A stretch of DNA of 64,000 bases. Source: Octopus bimaculoides. Taxonomy: Eukaryota. Below the pieces are notes generated by a model, which worked only from the letters and a program-made list of their open reading frames with translations, did not search any database and was not told the DNA's origin. The translations under genes and the position numbers were made by a program. The DNA lies in assembly GCF_001194135.2 (NCBI RefSeq), contig NC_069005.1, forward strand, positions 31,343,793 to 31,407,792. The letters are read 5' to 3'. Shown here piece after piece: positions 61,487 to 64,000 of the stretch; positions within the stretch are counted from its first letter, which is position 1, and each line of letters begins with the position of its first letter.

Positions 61487-63224
61487 NNNNNNNNNNTATA
61501 TATATATATATATATGTATATGTATATATGTATATATATATGTATAAATATATATCTATACACACACATACATATATATATATATCTCAAGGCACAGAAG
61601 TGTAACAAAAATTTGAACACTTCAAGAATTAATTGAAGAATGACATGAAAACCATTTGTATCCATAAGGATTTCAAAGGACTCTTGTAGGAAGTAACTAC
61701 TGTATGTATATCTATGAATACATTTTTTGTGTATGCATGGTATATATGGTATGTATATATGTATGTATAGTAAATACAGATTATGGTTAAATAGCTTTCC
61801 CCCCCCCACTCCTTATTACAATAAAGAGTCAATTGTTTGACCATTTATGGTCCGAGGTATCAATCAATGAGTAGACACTCCTATTGATTTCAAGGAGTGT
61901 GTGTATGTGTTGGGGTGGGGTGGCAAAGAGGTGCAAGTTGTGGTATTTGTCTTTTCCAAGGTCGTTAGTGACGTAGGTGAAGTAACGATAACTGATTTTG
62001 CATTGAAGAATTAATTCACAAGAAGCTTATGTTCTGCTCTACCGGCCTTGTCTAAACATAAACATTATTGAATTACGTGTATGTGGTGTGACTGTTGTCA
62101 GCTCAGCTCTGGTCTGTTCTGATTAAGTAGACCTCTAATTGGAAGTGCTCCAGCTTTGACCACCTTGTCCTTTTTAGCGCTACCTCTGGCTACGTTATTT
62201 GGCCCTTTAACGTTTAGATTACCCTGTCAAATATAATGCTTATTCATTCACATTGTCTTCAATTAATAATGCATTAGCTCACAGTTTTGAGATTTCAGTG
62301 TCGTGTTCATTTTTAAAAACATTGCAGGATATGTGTGAGAAGCAAGACCTGGTCAGTTTGAACATAAAATAGAAGATTTGAGCTGTGTACGGCCTGTTTA
62401 AATGTTATTTATTGCCGAGAAAAAAAATGGCTGGCTCTACTACACCATAGTTTCACACAGAAAAGCAAGCTTTTTAAAACACACACACACACACAAAAAA
62501 AAAATCCTATGCAACAACACACAATAGCATTAAAAGCACCTTTATGGAACTAAAGGATGTTATTGCTTGTGGCGTTTATGTAACCATTATTCAAGAAACA
62601 GGACATAGGACTGTCACCATTCCAAATGATGTTCCGATTAGATCGGCTGTTTTTGTAGTACATGCACACATTTTGTGGGTGTGAGTGCATGTCTCTGGTA
62701 ACATGCATAAAAACTTGTAATCTATAATTAGGTATCACAAATGTCACTTGTAAACTGTTTAGTAGCTCTTGTCAACTGGGTCACTTAAGTGGATATTAAT
62801 AATGGCTTTCAATTTTGGTACAAGGCCAGCTGTTTTGAGTGGAGCGGGGTGGTGGGGGGACTCACTCACTTACAGCGACTCCAGCACTTGACTGGTACTT
62901 GTTTTACCAGCCCAGAAAGGATGAAAGGTAAAGTCGACTTCAGCAGAATTTGAGCTTAGAATGTAAACAGCAGAAAGAAATACCACTAAGCACTTTTGTC
63001 CAACATTTTAAATTCTGTATATTCACTGCCTTTAAGTGGAGGATATTAATGACCCTTTCTACTTTAGGCACAGGGCCTGGCAAATTGTAAGAGGAGGGCA
63101 GTCAATTCCATCAGTCCTCAGTACTCAACTGGTATTGGCGGTATTTGAACTCAGAATGTAAAGACACAAAATACCTCTAATCGTTTTGTCCGGCACACTA
63201 ATGACTTTGCTAGCTTGCTGGCTC

Positions 63225-63578
63225 TCATGGCTTCTGCTCTTAACTGATTGGAAGTGTTATCATGCACATGTTTTGTCTTGGTATAAAAGATGGCCTACAG
63301 CAAAGATTTTGCTCAACAGCACAGATTTGCTTGTCAGTTGTTTGACTTTAACCAGTTGAGCATGTCCCTTTGTAGCTGACGATATGTGCATCTCTGATTA
63401 TGAGCAGAAGTAGTTGGGGAGCATCATAACCATGTATTGTGAGGAATTCTTTGGGGTTTGAATAATTCACCCTGGAAACATGGGTGTTTCATCATCCTTA
63501 AATAACCCTTATTCAGGGACCTTTTGAGCAGGATGGGCTGCTTGACCTGAAGAAAATTCTAACTGGGCCCCACCTGCA
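63225..63578. repeat. Interspersed repeat-like segment, family not assigned
   Basis: Higher-GC block bounded by SINEs with no ORF or splice support. Repeat status is inferred. Confidence 0.4.
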
Positions 63579-64000
63579 GAATCAGCAGAATCTTTAGAGT
63601 ATTGGTGAGGGAGGGAGGAGGTAAATCATGCATTCTGACATTTGTTCCAGTTCTTTATATTCTGAGTTCAAATCCTGCATTGGTCAGCTTTAACTTTGGT
63701 CCTTTTGGGTACAACAAAGCAGTAAGCCGAGTGTTGAGGTGGTTGCCCCACACATGTGAACCACCAAAATTTCTGGTCTTGTGGCCTGAATTAGAAACAA
63801 TTGTTATTCTGTTTAGAATTATATTTTTCATCCACTTCAGTTTTTCACAACTTCTATTTATAGTTTCCATTTGTTTGTTTTCCTCATTTGTTTCTTCTTT
63901 TATTTTCTTTATTTTAGATTTTAATCTTTTGATATAATATCTGTTACACTCTGTGTGGAAGGGAAGCATATATGTATAAACATGTGTGTATGTGTGCGCA

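Noticed and set aside
49890-64000. Mondo exon 2 (GKLxSPKWKNFKG) and ChoRE tandem E-boxes
   Set aside because: Not found by eye. The exon is probably beyond the window or inside a gap, and no CAYGNG-N5-CNCRTG match was seen.

Overview
AT-rich, intron-rich animal genomic DNA with dense microsatellites, tRNA-derived SINEs, RTE/Penelope remnants, MITEs and nine N-gaps. This repeat landscape points to a coleoid cephalopod, probably Octopus (inference). I assembled the genes by hand from splice sites and reading-frame phase. (1) An unidentified minus-strand gene with 3 coding exons (488-3040). (2) An unidentified plus-strand gene (about 7823-9906). (3) A complete TYW1 (minus strand, 14 coding exons, 12354-24680, about 713 aa; flavodoxin + radical-SAM). 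(4) A complete TBL2, divergent from TYW1 (plus strand, 11 exons, 29465-43108, about 448 aa; TM + WD40). (5) The first coding exon of a Mondo/ChREBP (MLXIP/MLXIPL-family) gene (49258-49889), whose next exon was not found in the window. The best leads are a phase-compatible alternative 5' splice site in Mondo that could give a ChREBP-beta-like isoform lacking the N-terminal inhibitory region, a TYW1-TBL2-Mondo linkage echoing human 7q11, two orphan genes, and a 281-bp repeat unit with hammerhead-like motifs. No rRNA, true tRNA gene or CRISPR array is supported. All coordinates were counted by eye, and repeat boundaries are approximate.
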